Positions 1 through 9,253 of a stretch of 64,000 nucleotides of DNA are shown here, one piece after another. The position numbers and the translations under genes are program-made. Each line of letters opens with the position of its first letter. Positions within the stretch are counted from its first letter, which is position 1. The stretch covers positions 13,731 to 77,730 of IMG/VR virus record IMGVR_UViG_3300022899_000001; one strand, written 5' to 3'. The DNA comes from a virus. Its lineage: Duplodnaviria; Caudoviricetes. The notes under the pieces were generated by a model, which saw only the letters and a list, made by a program, of their open reading frames with translations, had not been told where the DNA came from and made no database searches.

Positions 1-3000
1 ATCAATGGATTGAGTGCGAATGCCAGTAAGATTTGCACCCACGCCGATGAATCCCGCACCGGCCCCGCTGAGAGTTGCTCCACCCGAACCAATTGAGAGC
101 GTTGAGCCGCCACCGCTCAAAGTCAGCGTGCTTGAGTTGGTCGCCTCTACCCGGTCGGTGTAGTTCGTCCCGCTGTTGACGATCTGCGCGTTAAAAGCGT
201 TGCTCAGGACTAGGATCGTTCCACTAGAACCCGTGAACGGGCCTTGGATAAGCTTGCCGTCGCCGTCAGCAGCCAGAGATGTTTTGTTCGTCTGACCCGT
301 GTAGAAAGTGCCAGTCGAGAACACGTCGGCGTAGAACGGCCCAAGGAAGTACCACGCCCCGGTATTGGTGAAGTCCCCGCTAAGGTTGTAGTTCGCGTTC
401 GTGTCAAAGTTTCCACTTCCGCTTTTGCTGTTCACCCAGTCAATGAAAGTGGAGTCAATCGAGTTGGTGCGAATGCCGGTGAGATTTGCCCCGACTCCGA
501 TAAAGCCAGCGCCCGCCCCGCTCAGCGTTGCACCACCAGAACCAATCGCGAGCGTAGAGCCACCGCCGATCAAGTCCAGGGTGCTTGAGTTCGTGGCTTC
601 CACCCGGTCAACAAAGTTGGTGCTGCTGGCCAGTATCGGTGCGGCGAACCAGTTGCTGCCACTTATTATCTTTCCAGTGCTGGAAGTGAAACGTGGGTCA
701 GACGATCCTCCAGAATTGTTCGTCAGCCAGTCCAACGCCGCGTTGATGGCCGCAATCTCCGCGAAGCTCAACGTGCGGCTTGGACCTGACCCTCTGGCGT
801 AGAGAAGCGCCGCTCCAGTGTTGGTTGATCCGAACACGTCAATGAATCCGGCGCCGTTTGTCAGCGGCAATCGAATGCGGGTCCCGGATTGTTCCTCCAG
901 CAGCTTTGCTGATGGAGAACCATCGGACGAAAACCCATTCGTTCCCACCACCGTTCCGCCCGCCTGAAAGTCTCCGTTGCGACGGAAGTTAAAGTTGTTC
1001 GTCATCACGGTTTGAGCGCCGGAACTCGCCGGGTTTGTGCCGCCAGTCCAAATCTCAATCTCGCCACTGCCTCCTGTTCCCTTTCCGTATGAGGTTTGAA
1101 TCTTGAAGTTTCCGCCCGCTGTGTCCGAACTACTGGAGTTTCCGAACTGGAACACCTGAGTCGCAGCCGAGCCTGCGTCAACGCCAAACGTGAAGTTGCC
1201 AGCGCCGTTCATGGTTATCCCGCTAGAGCCAGAAAGGTTTATGGTTGGCCCTCTCAGTTGCAGAATCGAGCCTCCGGTTTCAAATATCTCCATCGTGCTC
1301 GCATCGAACTTCTGCATTCTCAGCGAGCCAGCACTGGAAGCAGTCAACTGGATCACTGGGTCAGCCGCGCTTGAATTTCCAACCTGTAACGTCGCCGTGC
1401 TGTTGGTCAGAGTAAGTCCAGCGTCAAGGAACGGGCTGCGAGTTTCGTGATTGGTAAGGGCGTCACCGCCGCTGGGAGGATTGGTGATTGCTATTCCGAA
1501 CAGGACATTGCTGGCAGCGTTGATATCTGCCAGCCATTTGTTTGTTACCTCTGTGGTAAGTGAAGCTGTTCTGAGATTCGCGTTTGTATCCCATGTAATC
1601 GAAGGAGACGAAGCCACATCTATTGAGTTTGAAGCTACACCCCCTTCTTGAGTTGTTGCCAAGACACCGTTTGTCAAAATTAACCCAGCCCCGATTGAGA
1701 TAGGGCCAGCCGGAGCAAGCGAGGCATTGGTGCTTCCTGCAAGTTTGTTTGCTGAAATAATCATTCCGTTAACCGGAAGATTCGTTCCACCAGCAAGGTT
1801 GATGCTCGTGGCGGCGACGTGGCCGGTGAAAGTGATGGACGATAGCGCAGCAGTGACTTCGCCCGTGCTGGACATAGATGTTACCCCTCCGTACTGACTG
1901 GCCTTGAACGGGTCGAATCCAATGTCTGACGACAAACGAAACTCTCCCCCCTCATACAGCAGCTTGTTATGGGAACTTCCTGCGTTGGCGTCGAGATGCA
2001 GGCCGTACGTTCCAGACTCCACTACATAGCGAGCGCGGCCAGGATAGACTTGCAGAACCAGAGGCGTTGTGAGGTTTAGTTGCGGCGCAGTTATCGTCAT
2101 CGTGTTAGTGCCGGTGATGGATGCCACGCCACGGCCCGGTTCAAATACGATGAACTCGTTGTTGAACGAATCCCTGATGTTGAGTCCCGTTGTTCCGTAT
2201 TTGATGTCGCTGTGCGCCTGCTCAACGTTCATCTGGATAGAACCGCCAACGCCAGGCGATGCGTCGGCGGTCACTTCAAGGATTGCCCGATTCGTGGACC
2301 TGACTTGTGCGACCGTCACCGCTGGACTGTCGGCATAGAATGTAAAGCGGTCGGACAAGCTGGCGTCTCCCCATTTGACTGATGAAGTCGTGCCCGGCGA
2401 GCGGAGGCGCAGATTGTCCGTGCTGTCCGTGTCCGGCGCTTGAGCGCCGATGACCACGTTCGCATCCGTGCGGCTGAGTTGCAGAGTTTTGCGATACGGC
2501 AAACTGATAAGAGGTCGGTTCGTCAAATAGTCCGAGTCGAAGGTATCAATCAAATCAACGCCGCCACTGGCCCGCTGCCACAGGATCATGTTGGCCCGGC
2601 CCGGTTGGTTCTTGTTGTTGAAAGCCACGCCCTGAGCCATGAGCGGAAGCGTGTTGCTCACCGACGAAGTGCCGAAATCGTTGTTGATGAAAGTAGCCGT
2701 TGGCGACGTGCCGCTCGCCACACTGAGATGCTTTGACGTGCCGGTCGCATCCGGTTGCCACAGATTGTTCTCAAAGAGATAGTAGCCGCTGTGCAGGTTG
2801 ACCGCTCCGTTCGTCCCGGCGTGTGAAGCATCGCTGTCGGTTGCAATGAAGTTGTCTGTCAACCGAGCAATCGGAACTCCCATGTTGGCGAACATCCAGT
2901 CGTGCTCGTTCCTTACCCCTTCCAACGTCACTGGATCGCTGCCGCCGCTCAGGTCGTAACTAATCAACGCGCCCGTGCCCAATCCGCCCCGAATGCGATA

Positions 3001-4209
3001 ACTCCCGTTGATGGCGTAAATCTGCTTGCGGACGTGGGCGAACGTGCAGTCCTCGTCGAAAACAAGGCTAAGGGCGTTGGCGTTATCGCCTATGACGATA
3101 CCGATACCGCAAAGGGAGTGGTCGTTGTTCGCGCCGGCAACGAGGATTTTCTTGAAACGGATATTCTCGCAATTTTCATGCGCGGTGCGGCTGATGTAAA
3201 TGCCGACGCCGTTGGTGTCCACTTCCTGAAAGGTCTGAATGCGGAGATTCTCAAACAGCGTGTCCGACGTGATGTAGGTATAGCCAGCTATTTGATCGTG
3301 CTCGATGGCCACGTCGCAGTGGTTCGTGTGTATTCCATTGGATGGTGTATCCCGCAAAAATCCAAGGCCGACGACTTTATGATTCAGACCGCGCAGGTTC
3401 AGGATGCACCCATTGCTCATTGAGTTGCCGAGGAAGGCCAGCACTGGCGCATCGTATGGAAACGACAGGGGAACGCCGTGAGTCTCGGTGTCGCCTTTGA
3501 GCGTCCATCCCTGCACGTCGGCAATCTCAATGCAGTTTGTGCCTCCCGTGGTGAACGTGTAAGCGGTGAGGAACGGTGGAAAGACAATGGTTGGAACTGC
3601 CCCGGAGTTCTCTTTGATCTTGGCGATCATGTTCGTCAGTGCGCGGCTAGACGAATGCAGGGTTGCGTCCGACTCAATCGGCCACATTCCATACCACTCT
3701 CCCTTCCAAAGCGTGTTGTTGTCCCGCACGCGCTTCCACTGTCCACTCGAAGCGTGCGCGAACACTGTTCCCAAGTCAGCCGTCTCCGACGTGGATTGGC
3801 GTATGAACTTGCCACCACCCCAAGCGCGGCCATTGGAATCATTCGTGCCGTAATAAGACCTGACAGTGACTTCGCCGTTCATTGGAACAGTTACATCGGC
3901 CACCATCGCCGCAATCGAACTGAACGTGGCGTGTGCTATGTTCGTGCTGTCTATGCGCCACTGGTTGGTTACGGCATCTGTGACGCTGTTTCCGCTTCCA
4001 GTGCCGTGAACTGTAACGACGCCTCCATTTGTTACGGTGATAATGTTTGTTCCTGCCCCCACGCCTTTGACTGGAATTACAACGGCGTTGCGCACCGCGT
4101 TTGTCCACGCCGCAGGTTGGTTCGTCGTGCCAGGCCCGCGAATGATTGGCGCCTGAGCGAAGACGTTGAGAGCGACAAAATACGGCAGGAGTTTTAGCAG
4201 CGTTCTCAT
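1..4209 (-). CDS. Tailspike/tail fibre with probable beta-helix (pectin-lyase-like) depolymerase region; at least 1403 aa, 3' end off window
   Basis: ATG at 4209 overlaps the TGA of the upstream gene (ATGA). My translation begins MRTLLKLLPYFVALNVFAQAPIIRG...GGGKFIRQ...GQWKRV...WYG...TIVFPP, a typical tailspike head-binding then beta-helix entry. No stop seen in the stretches I translated, and the track lists no stop-terminated ORF in this frame. The distal part is G/S/T/N-rich (GANLTGI). Confidence 0.8.
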   Translation of the reverse strand, partial: MRTLLKLLPYFVALNVFAQAPIIRGPGTTNQPAAWTNAVRNAVVIPVKGVGAGTNIITVTNGGVVTVHGTGSGNSVTDAVTNQWRIDSTNIAHATFSSIAAMVADVTVPMNGEVTVRSYYGTNDSNGRAWGGGKFIRQSTSETADLGTVFAHASSGQWKRVRDNNTLWKGEWYGMWPIESDATLHSSSRALTNMIAKIKENSGAVPTIVFPPFLTAYTFTTGGTNCIEIADVQGWTLKGDTETHGVPLSFPYDAPVLAFLGNSMSNGCILNLRGLNHKVVGLGFLRDTPSNGIHTNHCDVAIEHDQIAGYTYITSDTLFENLRIQTFQEVDTNGVGIYISRTAHENCENIRFKKILVAGANNDHSLCGIGIVIGDNANALSLVFDEDCTFAHVRKQIYAINGSYRIRGGLGTGALISYDLSGGSDPVTLEGVRNEHDWMFANMGVPIARLTDNFIATDSDASHAGTNGAVNLHSGYYLFENNLWQPDATGTSKHLSVASGTSPTATFINNDFGTSSVSNTLPLMAQGVAFNNKNQPGRANMILWQRASGGVDLIDTFDSDYLTNRPLISLPYRKTLQLSRTDANVVIGAQAPDTDSTDNLRLRSPGTTSSVKWGDASLSDRFTFYADSPAVTVAQVRSTNRAILEVTADASPGVGGSIQMNVEQAHSDIKYGTTGLNIRDSFNNEFIVFEPGRGVASITGTNTMTITAPQLNLTTPLVLQVYPGRARYVVESGTYGLHLDANAGSSHNKLLYEGGEFRLSSDIGFDPFKASQYGGVTSMSSTGEVTAALSSITFTGHVAATSINLAGGTNLPVNGMIISANKLAGSTNASLAPAGPISIGAGLILTNGVLATTQEGGVASNSIDVASSPSITWDTNANLRTASLTTEVTNKWLADINAASNVLFGIAITNPPSGGDALTNHETRSPFLDAGLTLTNSTATLQVGNSSAADPVIQLTASSAGSLRMQKFDASTMEIFETGGSILQLRGPTINLSGSSGITMNGAGNFTFGVDAGSAATQVFQFGNSSSSDTAGGNFKIQTSYGKGTGGSGEIEIWTGGTNPASSGAQTVMTNNFNFRRNGDFQAGGTVVGTNGFSSDGSPSAKLLEEQSGTRIRLPLTNGAGFIDVFGSTNTGAALLYARGSGPSRTLSFAEIAAINAALDWLTNNSGGSSDPRFTSSTGKIISGSNWFAAPILASSTNFVDRVEATNSSTLDLIGGGSTLAIGSGGATLSGAGAGFIGVGANLTGIRTNSIDSTFIDWVNSKSGSGNFDTNANYNLSGDFTNTGAWYFLGPFYADVFSTGTFYTGQTNKTSLAADGDGKLIQGPFTGSSGTILVLSNAFNAQIVNSGTNYTDRVEATNSSTLTLSGGGSTLSIGSGGATLSGAGAGFIGVGANLTGIRTQSID
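61..640 (-). repeat. Internal ~40-aa duplication in the tailspike (about 61-180 and 514-640)
   Basis: TNYTDRVEATNSSTLTLSGGGSTLSIGSGGATLSGAG versus TNFVDRVEATNSSTLDLIGGGSTLAIGSGGATLSGAG; also visible at DNA level (gtgcttgagtt...acccggtc in both). Confidence 0.85.
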
Positions 4210-5168
4210 ATGATCCACGGCAACCAACTTTGGTTTGTCAAACCAGTGGATTGCCAAAGACTGTTATTCGATTTATCCCGGTAGAACTGGTCTATGCAAT
4301 CCGGTGTCCGAACTCCAAGCGGTGATCCGAAACCAGAAATGTTCTTGCAGGCCGGCGTCGCTGGCGTGATCGGAACGACTGCCGCTGTCGTTGACGTTGA
4401 GGTTGAAGTGGACACCGACATATCGCTTTGCTCGCAATCGCTGATAAGCAGCAGAACAGGCTTGTCCACTCCCAGCGCCAGAAGGTTCTGAGCAGCGACG
4501 GTGAACACGGTCAATAAATCCGTCTTTAGGTTGGTTTGCGCAATGGCGGCAATGGCGGCAAGAATCTCAACAGTGTCCTGTGATTGTGCCAGCAATTCAG
4601 TCAGCACATTTGAGATGGTCAACACTCCAACGGTGTCCTTCGGGCTGCCGTTTGCCTCTGCAATCGTTCCACCGTAGCTCGACGCGACCGCCTTGGCGTA
4701 GTTCAGACGCGAACCGTATCCAGCGAAGTTGCCAAGGCTCATGGAATACGAGTTGTCCACCACGATAGCCGTTGCCACAATGACATCATCGCAGCACGTT
4801 GCTTCCTCCTGTATCGTGAGCGTTGCGCTGACTGTGCGCGTTCCGTAAGTCGCTGTGATGATGGCTATACCAGCTGCCATCGCGGTTCCACTTCCACTAT
4901 TTACGCCGATGGCAAACACAGATGGATCGGAACTCGTGAAGCTCAACCCGTCCGTCAGTTCTGTTTCAGCCCCGTTGACAAGCTCGAACACACTGAAGAT
5001 AACAGAGTCGAGAACGCACAATGTCAGCACTCCCGGCTTGATGATGAGCGATCCAGCAGCGCAGATGTCTGGATGTTGAAGGCTGAAAGTAGAGTCTTGG
5101 CATCGGCTATCGGGCGCAGTCGGTGCCTGAATTACACACGGTGCAATTGTTGTTCGGTCGTAGATCAT
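4206..5168 (-). CDS. Virion-associated protein with Ig-like (Big_2-type) and von Willebrand A domains, ~320 aa
   Basis: LSFTSSDPSVFAIG...AAGIAIITATYG (Ig-like) and AIVVDNSYSMS (DxSxS MIDAS). The ATG at 5168 overlaps the upstream TGA (TGATG) and is preferred over the track start at 5306. Confidence 0.7.
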   Translation of the reverse strand: MIYDRTTIAPCVIQAPTAPDSRCQDSTFSLQHPDICAAGSLIIKPGVLTLCVLDSVIFSVFELVNGAETELTDGLSFTSSDPSVFAIGVNSGSGTAMAAGIAIITATYGTRTVSATLTIQEEATCCDDVIVATAIVVDNSYSMSLGNFAGYGSRLNYAKAVASSYGGTIAEANGSPKDTVGVLTISNVLTELLAQSQDTVEILAAIAAIAQTNLKTDLLTVFTVAAQNLLALGVDKPVLLLISDCEQSDMSVSTSTSTSTTAAVVPITPATPACKNISGFGSPLGVRTPDCIDQFYRDKSNNSLWQSTGLTNQSWLPWII

Positions 5169-6913
5169 CAGATGTTGTATGTCACCGATGTATTGTTGGT
5201 TCCGAAGAACTGATTGCACCAACCAGGGGTGTTCATCTGTGCGTTTCCGTATTGCGATCCGTAAGCCAAGGCTGCGGCGTTCGCCAATTGCTGTGTGGAT
5301 TCCCACCGCCTGCCAACGCCGACGTTTACCGTAACGCTAACGGTGAAGATGTGAGGAGTTCCAAGAATGATGCGAATACATTGTTTCGCCAAGCCGGTGA
5401 CTTGTTGCTGGGTATTTGGAAATAAAACCGGAGGCGCGGCATCGCACGTCGTTGCCAGCTTTGCGAGTCGCAATGCTTCAGCGTAGGCATCTGCGTTGGC
5501 AAGCGATTGAGAAATGTTGCTGTACGTGTGGGCGGCGATTGTCGCCGTACCATCCGCTCCTGTTTGAACCTCTCCAACAGCGCAATGATAGGTCGCCGTC
5601 TGCTCTTTATTCCAGAACGTGCAAACCAGTTGTTCCGCTGCCAAGGCGTCTGCTGCCGCCTGTGCTATACCATCGGCTGTCGCTTGGTCAACCGTTGACG
5701 TTGCATAGCCAGCCGGCAACGAAGCCGTCGTGCTCGGTCCTTCCGCTGCCGGCGTGCCATCTGATTTCGGGCCGGGACAACTGGCATGGCCAATCACAGC
5801 CACGCTCGAATACAGCACTGGCGGCGTGACGCAAACCAATCGCGCCGTGGCTTCGTTGAAGGCGTCGAGTGAAGCGCGGGAGTTGGCATCATCCACGGAC
5901 ACATTGCTGCCAACCGATCCAATCTCTCTGACAACAGTAACAGCATTCCCTGTCTGGCCAACTGGACAAGTCGCTGTGCGTTCCGCCCGCACGTTGTTCC
6001 AGTACGCGTATTCGTTGCTAGGGCCGAAGCCACGCGCTGCCGACGCAGAATTGCCAGCCTGACGGCATTGCACCGACTCGGTTTCGCGGCGGCATTCGTC
6101 AATCAAATCCTGCAAGGCGCCCCATTGGCCAAGGTCGGGATTGCCATACTGCGCCTTCATCTCGGCGAGCTTGGTCGGATTGTCCTCGTAGGAGATGTAG
6201 TGTTGGATGGCAACGTTGAGGCGTAATGCCTGCAATACCTTGGGATCATCGTCCACGAAATCGGGGTCATTCCATTTGCGCTTGATGCCATTTGAAACCA
6301 CAACCAACGACTCCGTGCTTTCAATGTATGGAGCGATGTAGAGGCGACCGCGATAAATAGCGAAGCGACCACCTGGAGAGCGACCACCTGCGTTGGTTGA
6401 AGCCTGCGGATAATGCCGTCCGTCAGGAAGGATTGGCATAGATTCCAAACCTTCATCCGTTGGTTGTGGATAACTGCGTTTGATGCGATAAGCACCCCAC
6501 CACATCGCTGCAAGCGAATCGGCCACGCTCAGAATCGTTGTGTCTGGCAGGCGTTGGCAGAGGCGGTAGAACCGCTCCATCTCACAGTATGGAATTGGGT
6601 GATAGAAAATCTTTGAGCACCAATCGTCACTGACGGTAGCCGATTCAAGTCCAGTCGCGGGATCAATCTTGTCTATGGTGTAAACCTCGACGATCTCCCC
6701 GCGTGGCGCCGGGATAACCGTCAGGCCGCACTCGAAGTAACTGGCGCAATGCGGGTAAACATCCTTGTTGCCGAAGCGATAGCAGGGCACGGCTCGCTGC
6801 AAGTCGTACATTGCCTGCTGGAAGAAATTGTTGTGGGCAGCGACAAGATTTTCGGCTTCATCCTGAAACCATAGCTCATCTCGCAGTTGCGTTTTAAGCT
6901 CAAGAAAATTCAC
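5168..6913 (-). CDS. Virion structural protein (possible head-tail adaptor N-terminus) with C-terminal DUF5977-like repeats
   Basis: 581 aa, downstream of the capsid gene; repeats of the type S..SQ..A(D/N)..A...A...A...L.C. Confidence 0.6.
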   Translation of the reverse strand: MNFLELKTQLRDELWFQDEAENLVAAHNNFFQQAMYDLQRAVPCYRFGNKDVYPHCASYFECGLTVIPAPRGEIVEVYTIDKIDPATGLESATVSDDWCSKIFYHPIPYCEMERFYRLCQRLPDTTILSVADSLAAMWWGAYRIKRSYPQPTDEGLESMPILPDGRHYPQASTNAGGRSPGGRFAIYRGRLYIAPYIESTESLVVVSNGIKRKWNDPDFVDDDPKVLQALRLNVAIQHYISYEDNPTKLAEMKAQYGNPDLGQWGALQDLIDECRRETESVQCRQAGNSASAARGFGPSNEYAYWNNVRAERTATCPVGQTGNAVTVVREIGSVGSNVSVDDANSRASLDAFNEATARLVCVTPPVLYSSVAVIGHASCPGPKSDGTPAAEGPSTTASLPAGYATSTVDQATADGIAQAAADALAAEQLVCTFWNKEQTATYHCAVGEVQTGADGTATIAAHTYSNISQSLANADAYAEALRLAKLATTCDAAPPVLFPNTQQQVTGLAKQCIRIILGTPHIFTVSVTVNVGVGRRWESTQQLANAAALAYGSQYGNAQMNTPGWCNQFFGTNNTSVTYNI

Positions 6914-6918
6914 GCACG

Positions 6919-7410
6919 TTATTGCTCCGCGAGAGACTTTTCCTTGGCGGTGAGATCAGAAAGTTTCCCACGCTTGGCCTTCCTGCGGGCAGGAGACTCG
7001 CCTTCCTTGCCTTCAGTGGCTTCCAGCGCAGGCGCAGGCGGTGGCGCGACGGGCGCAGGCGCAGGCGTCGGTTTAGCAGGCGCCACAACCACGCTTGATG
7101 GTGGCGAACGAAACTGGGGAGTTAGCTTTTCTGGATCGTGCAACCGGATTGGCGGCATTACTTCGTAGGGCGGTGGTGACTTGGCCGAGTTCGTGTTTTT
7201 TTTTAGGATGTCGTACATCTCGGCTGAGATGCGGCGGATGCCATTGCGCTTAGCGTCCGCTTCCTTGTCAAGCAAGGCTATCAAAGCCGCGTCCTTCGTT
7301 TCATCCAGATTGCGAACGCCCTGATTTCGGCCAGACAACTCCCACGGCACGGCGTTGCCATTGGCTTGCTTGATTGGGTGATTTATTTGTTCTTTGAGAA
7401 ACGCACGCAT
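6919..7410 (-). CDS. Hypothetical Pro/Ala/Lys-rich protein after major capsid gene
   Basis: 163-aa ORF packed in the operon. Confidence 0.6.
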   Translation of the reverse strand: MRAFLKEQINHPIKQANGNAVPWELSGRNQGVRNLDETKDAALIALLDKEADAKRNGIRRISAEMYDILKKNTNSAKSPPPYEVMPPIRLHDPEKLTPQFRSPPSSVVVAPAKPTPAPAPVAPPPAPALEATEGKEGESPARRKAKRGKLSDLTAKEKSLAEQ

Positions 7411-7432
7411 AATTCAATGGCTCTTTCGCTTT

Positions 7433-7469
7433 GAGAAACGCCGGTGCGCAAGCCTTTTACGCACCGGCG
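7433..7469 (-). terminator. Rho-independent terminator after the capsid gene
   Basis: Perfect 10-bp stem CGCCGGTGCG/CGCACCGGCG (7439-7448, 7460-7469) followed by TTTCTC on the minus strand. Confidence 0.75.
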
Positions 7470-7501
7470 CTCTAACCAATCAACTCCTACTCCACACTGA
7501 A

Positions 7502-9199
7502 TCAGTAAGTGTAAGTCGAGGTCGTGCTAAGATAATCGGGCCGATCATTGTCGGACTCGTTGCTGTCGGGAATGGTGTTGGCCAGATTCCAGATGAGCAG
7601 GTTCGCTTCCGGGCAATCCACGATGTTCGTGTAGGTCAGGCCGCGCTGTTCGACTTCCCGCGTGGCGGTGTCCTCAACGCATTGATACGTCGGGTCAACC
7701 CGCTGCAAATCCTCCAGCTTGCCGCTGGTGGAAGTCTGCCGCGTGCTTTCCACAACGCCCATCGCGAGGCCGGTCATGTCGAGCAACCAAATGGCGCGAC
7801 CGCCCGCCGAAAGAGAGGAATCAGCTTCCTCGGTCGCATATTCCTGCCACATGGCGAGGTAGTCGTCCAAGCTGAAGTGAGTCATCACGTTCAAGGTGAT
7901 GCCGATGCCTTTGCCGACGAGCCGATAGCGTTTGAAATGGAAACCAAGATTGTCGCCTTCGGCCATCATGTTGATCTGAAGCGTGCTTTCGGAGTACGCC
8001 TTGAACAGTTTGATGAAGCCGCGATCAATGATGCCCGCCGTCTCGCGGTCGGTGAACAAATCGAACTGCGAAGCCGCCGATGAGCCGACGCCCGCCCGCA
8101 CACGCGAGAGGATGTAGATGGCGTCAATCAGACTCCACAAATCCAATGCGGCGCCTTGCGCGTCATAGACTCGGTTGCAACGCTGAAGGATTTCGATGAT
8201 GCCAAGCGCGTTGGCTTTGTAGCCGTCGCAGGTGCCGCCGGCATAGCCCAATCCGATTTCACCAATGAAGCGAGTCACTTGCGGAAGGCTGCGGTAATCG
8301 TTGACGTTCTGGTTCGCGCTGATGGGTTTGCCCCACAGGAAATTCTCGAACACCTTGTTCATCCACGCCTGAAGCTTCTGCGCGTTGGATTCGGCTTCCG
8401 ACTGCGCAAACAACTTCTTGTACATCGGATTGTTTTCCGTGATGGCCTTGCGCCATTCCCGGACGACGGACGAGTTGCACAAAGTCGTCTTGGTGTGCTC
8501 AATCCAGAACGGAACAAGGTTGGTATTGAGGTAACTCGGCTCCGCGTCGCAGTAAGCTTCGCTGCGGGCGATGTTCGCCGGGCCACGGGTCAACCGGCCT
8601 GTCGTCGGGTCCTCAACGTCGAAGGCAGAACCGTCATTCTGCGGCGTCAGGACGAGATCAATGGAGTTGCCATCGAGCGTGCTGGAAACCACCACGCCCT
8701 GCCAGAGATTGAGAGAACCACCAGCGGTCTTGCTCTTGATGAACACGCGCTCGCCAGCGGTGAAGCTCGCGGCGTTGGCCGGGATGCCACTGGTCGAAGT
8801 AACGGTGACGGCCCAATTCTCACCAGATGCCGTGCCGCCCGTGACCTTCCAGTAGTTGTTGTTGATCGGGCGCTTTTGCTCCGCGAGGATGAACGGCTTG
8901 ATCTTGCTCACCCCTTTGTAAAGCGAGTCGGGCTGGATGTTCTTGCGAACAGGCCGCAGGTTGGCCATGAAGAAATCGCGCAGCGGATGCTCCACCATGC
9001 CGCACGCCTTCAACTCCATCGAAGTCATCAGCATCGCCCCGAGTACACGATATTCCCCGTCGAGCTTGTAAATCGAGTCCAAGTCGGAGGCGGTTTCCGG
9101 CTTGGCGTTTACACAGAGGGATGTGGTTCCGCACGTCGCGATGTCGGAACGAATCGCCGGGGAACATTGCTTGTAGATGTCGGTCGTTGCGAATGCCAT
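7502..9199 (-). CDS. Major capsid protein (inferred HK97 fold with insertion domain)
   Basis: 565 aa, order portal-small-scaffold-this gene, followed by a strong terminator. Assignment is by synteny rather than motif. Confidence 0.7.
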   Translation of the reverse strand: MAFATTDIYKQCSPAIRSDIATCGTTSLCVNAKPETASDLDSIYKLDGEYRVLGAMLMTSMELKACGMVEHPLRDFFMANLRPVRKNIQPDSLYKGVSKIKPFILAEQKRPINNNYWKVTGGTASGENWAVTVTSTSGIPANAASFTAGERVFIKSKTAGGSLNLWQGVVVSSTLDGNSIDLVLTPQNDGSAFDVEDPTTGRLTRGPANIARSEAYCDAEPSYLNTNLVPFWIEHTKTTLCNSSVVREWRKAITENNPMYKKLFAQSEAESNAQKLQAWMNKVFENFLWGKPISANQNVNDYRSLPQVTRFIGEIGLGYAGGTCDGYKANALGIIEILQRCNRVYDAQGAALDLWSLIDAIYILSRVRAGVGSSAASQFDLFTDRETAGIIDRGFIKLFKAYSESTLQINMMAEGDNLGFHFKRYRLVGKGIGITLNVMTHFSLDDYLAMWQEYATEEADSSLSAGGRAIWLLDMTGLAMGVVESTRQTSTSGKLEDLQRVDPTYQCVEDTATREVEQRGLTYTNIVDCPEANLLIWNLANTIPDSNESDNDRPDYLSTTSTYTY

Positions 9200-9253
9200 A
9201 TTTTGCTGCCTGACAGGGCGGGTTCATCCGCGCCGCTGTCGGCAACAAAATTG

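Noticed and set aside
244-4197. Plus-strand ORFs over the first 4.2 kb (e.g. 2902-3423, 3478-4197)
   Set aside because: Antisense shadows of the uninterrupted minus-strand tailspike frame; no recognisable motifs.
7392-7441. 13-bp direct repeat CTTTGAGAAACGC (7392-7404, 7429-7441)
   Set aside because: Only two copies, one coding and one in the terminator tail; no array or functional context.
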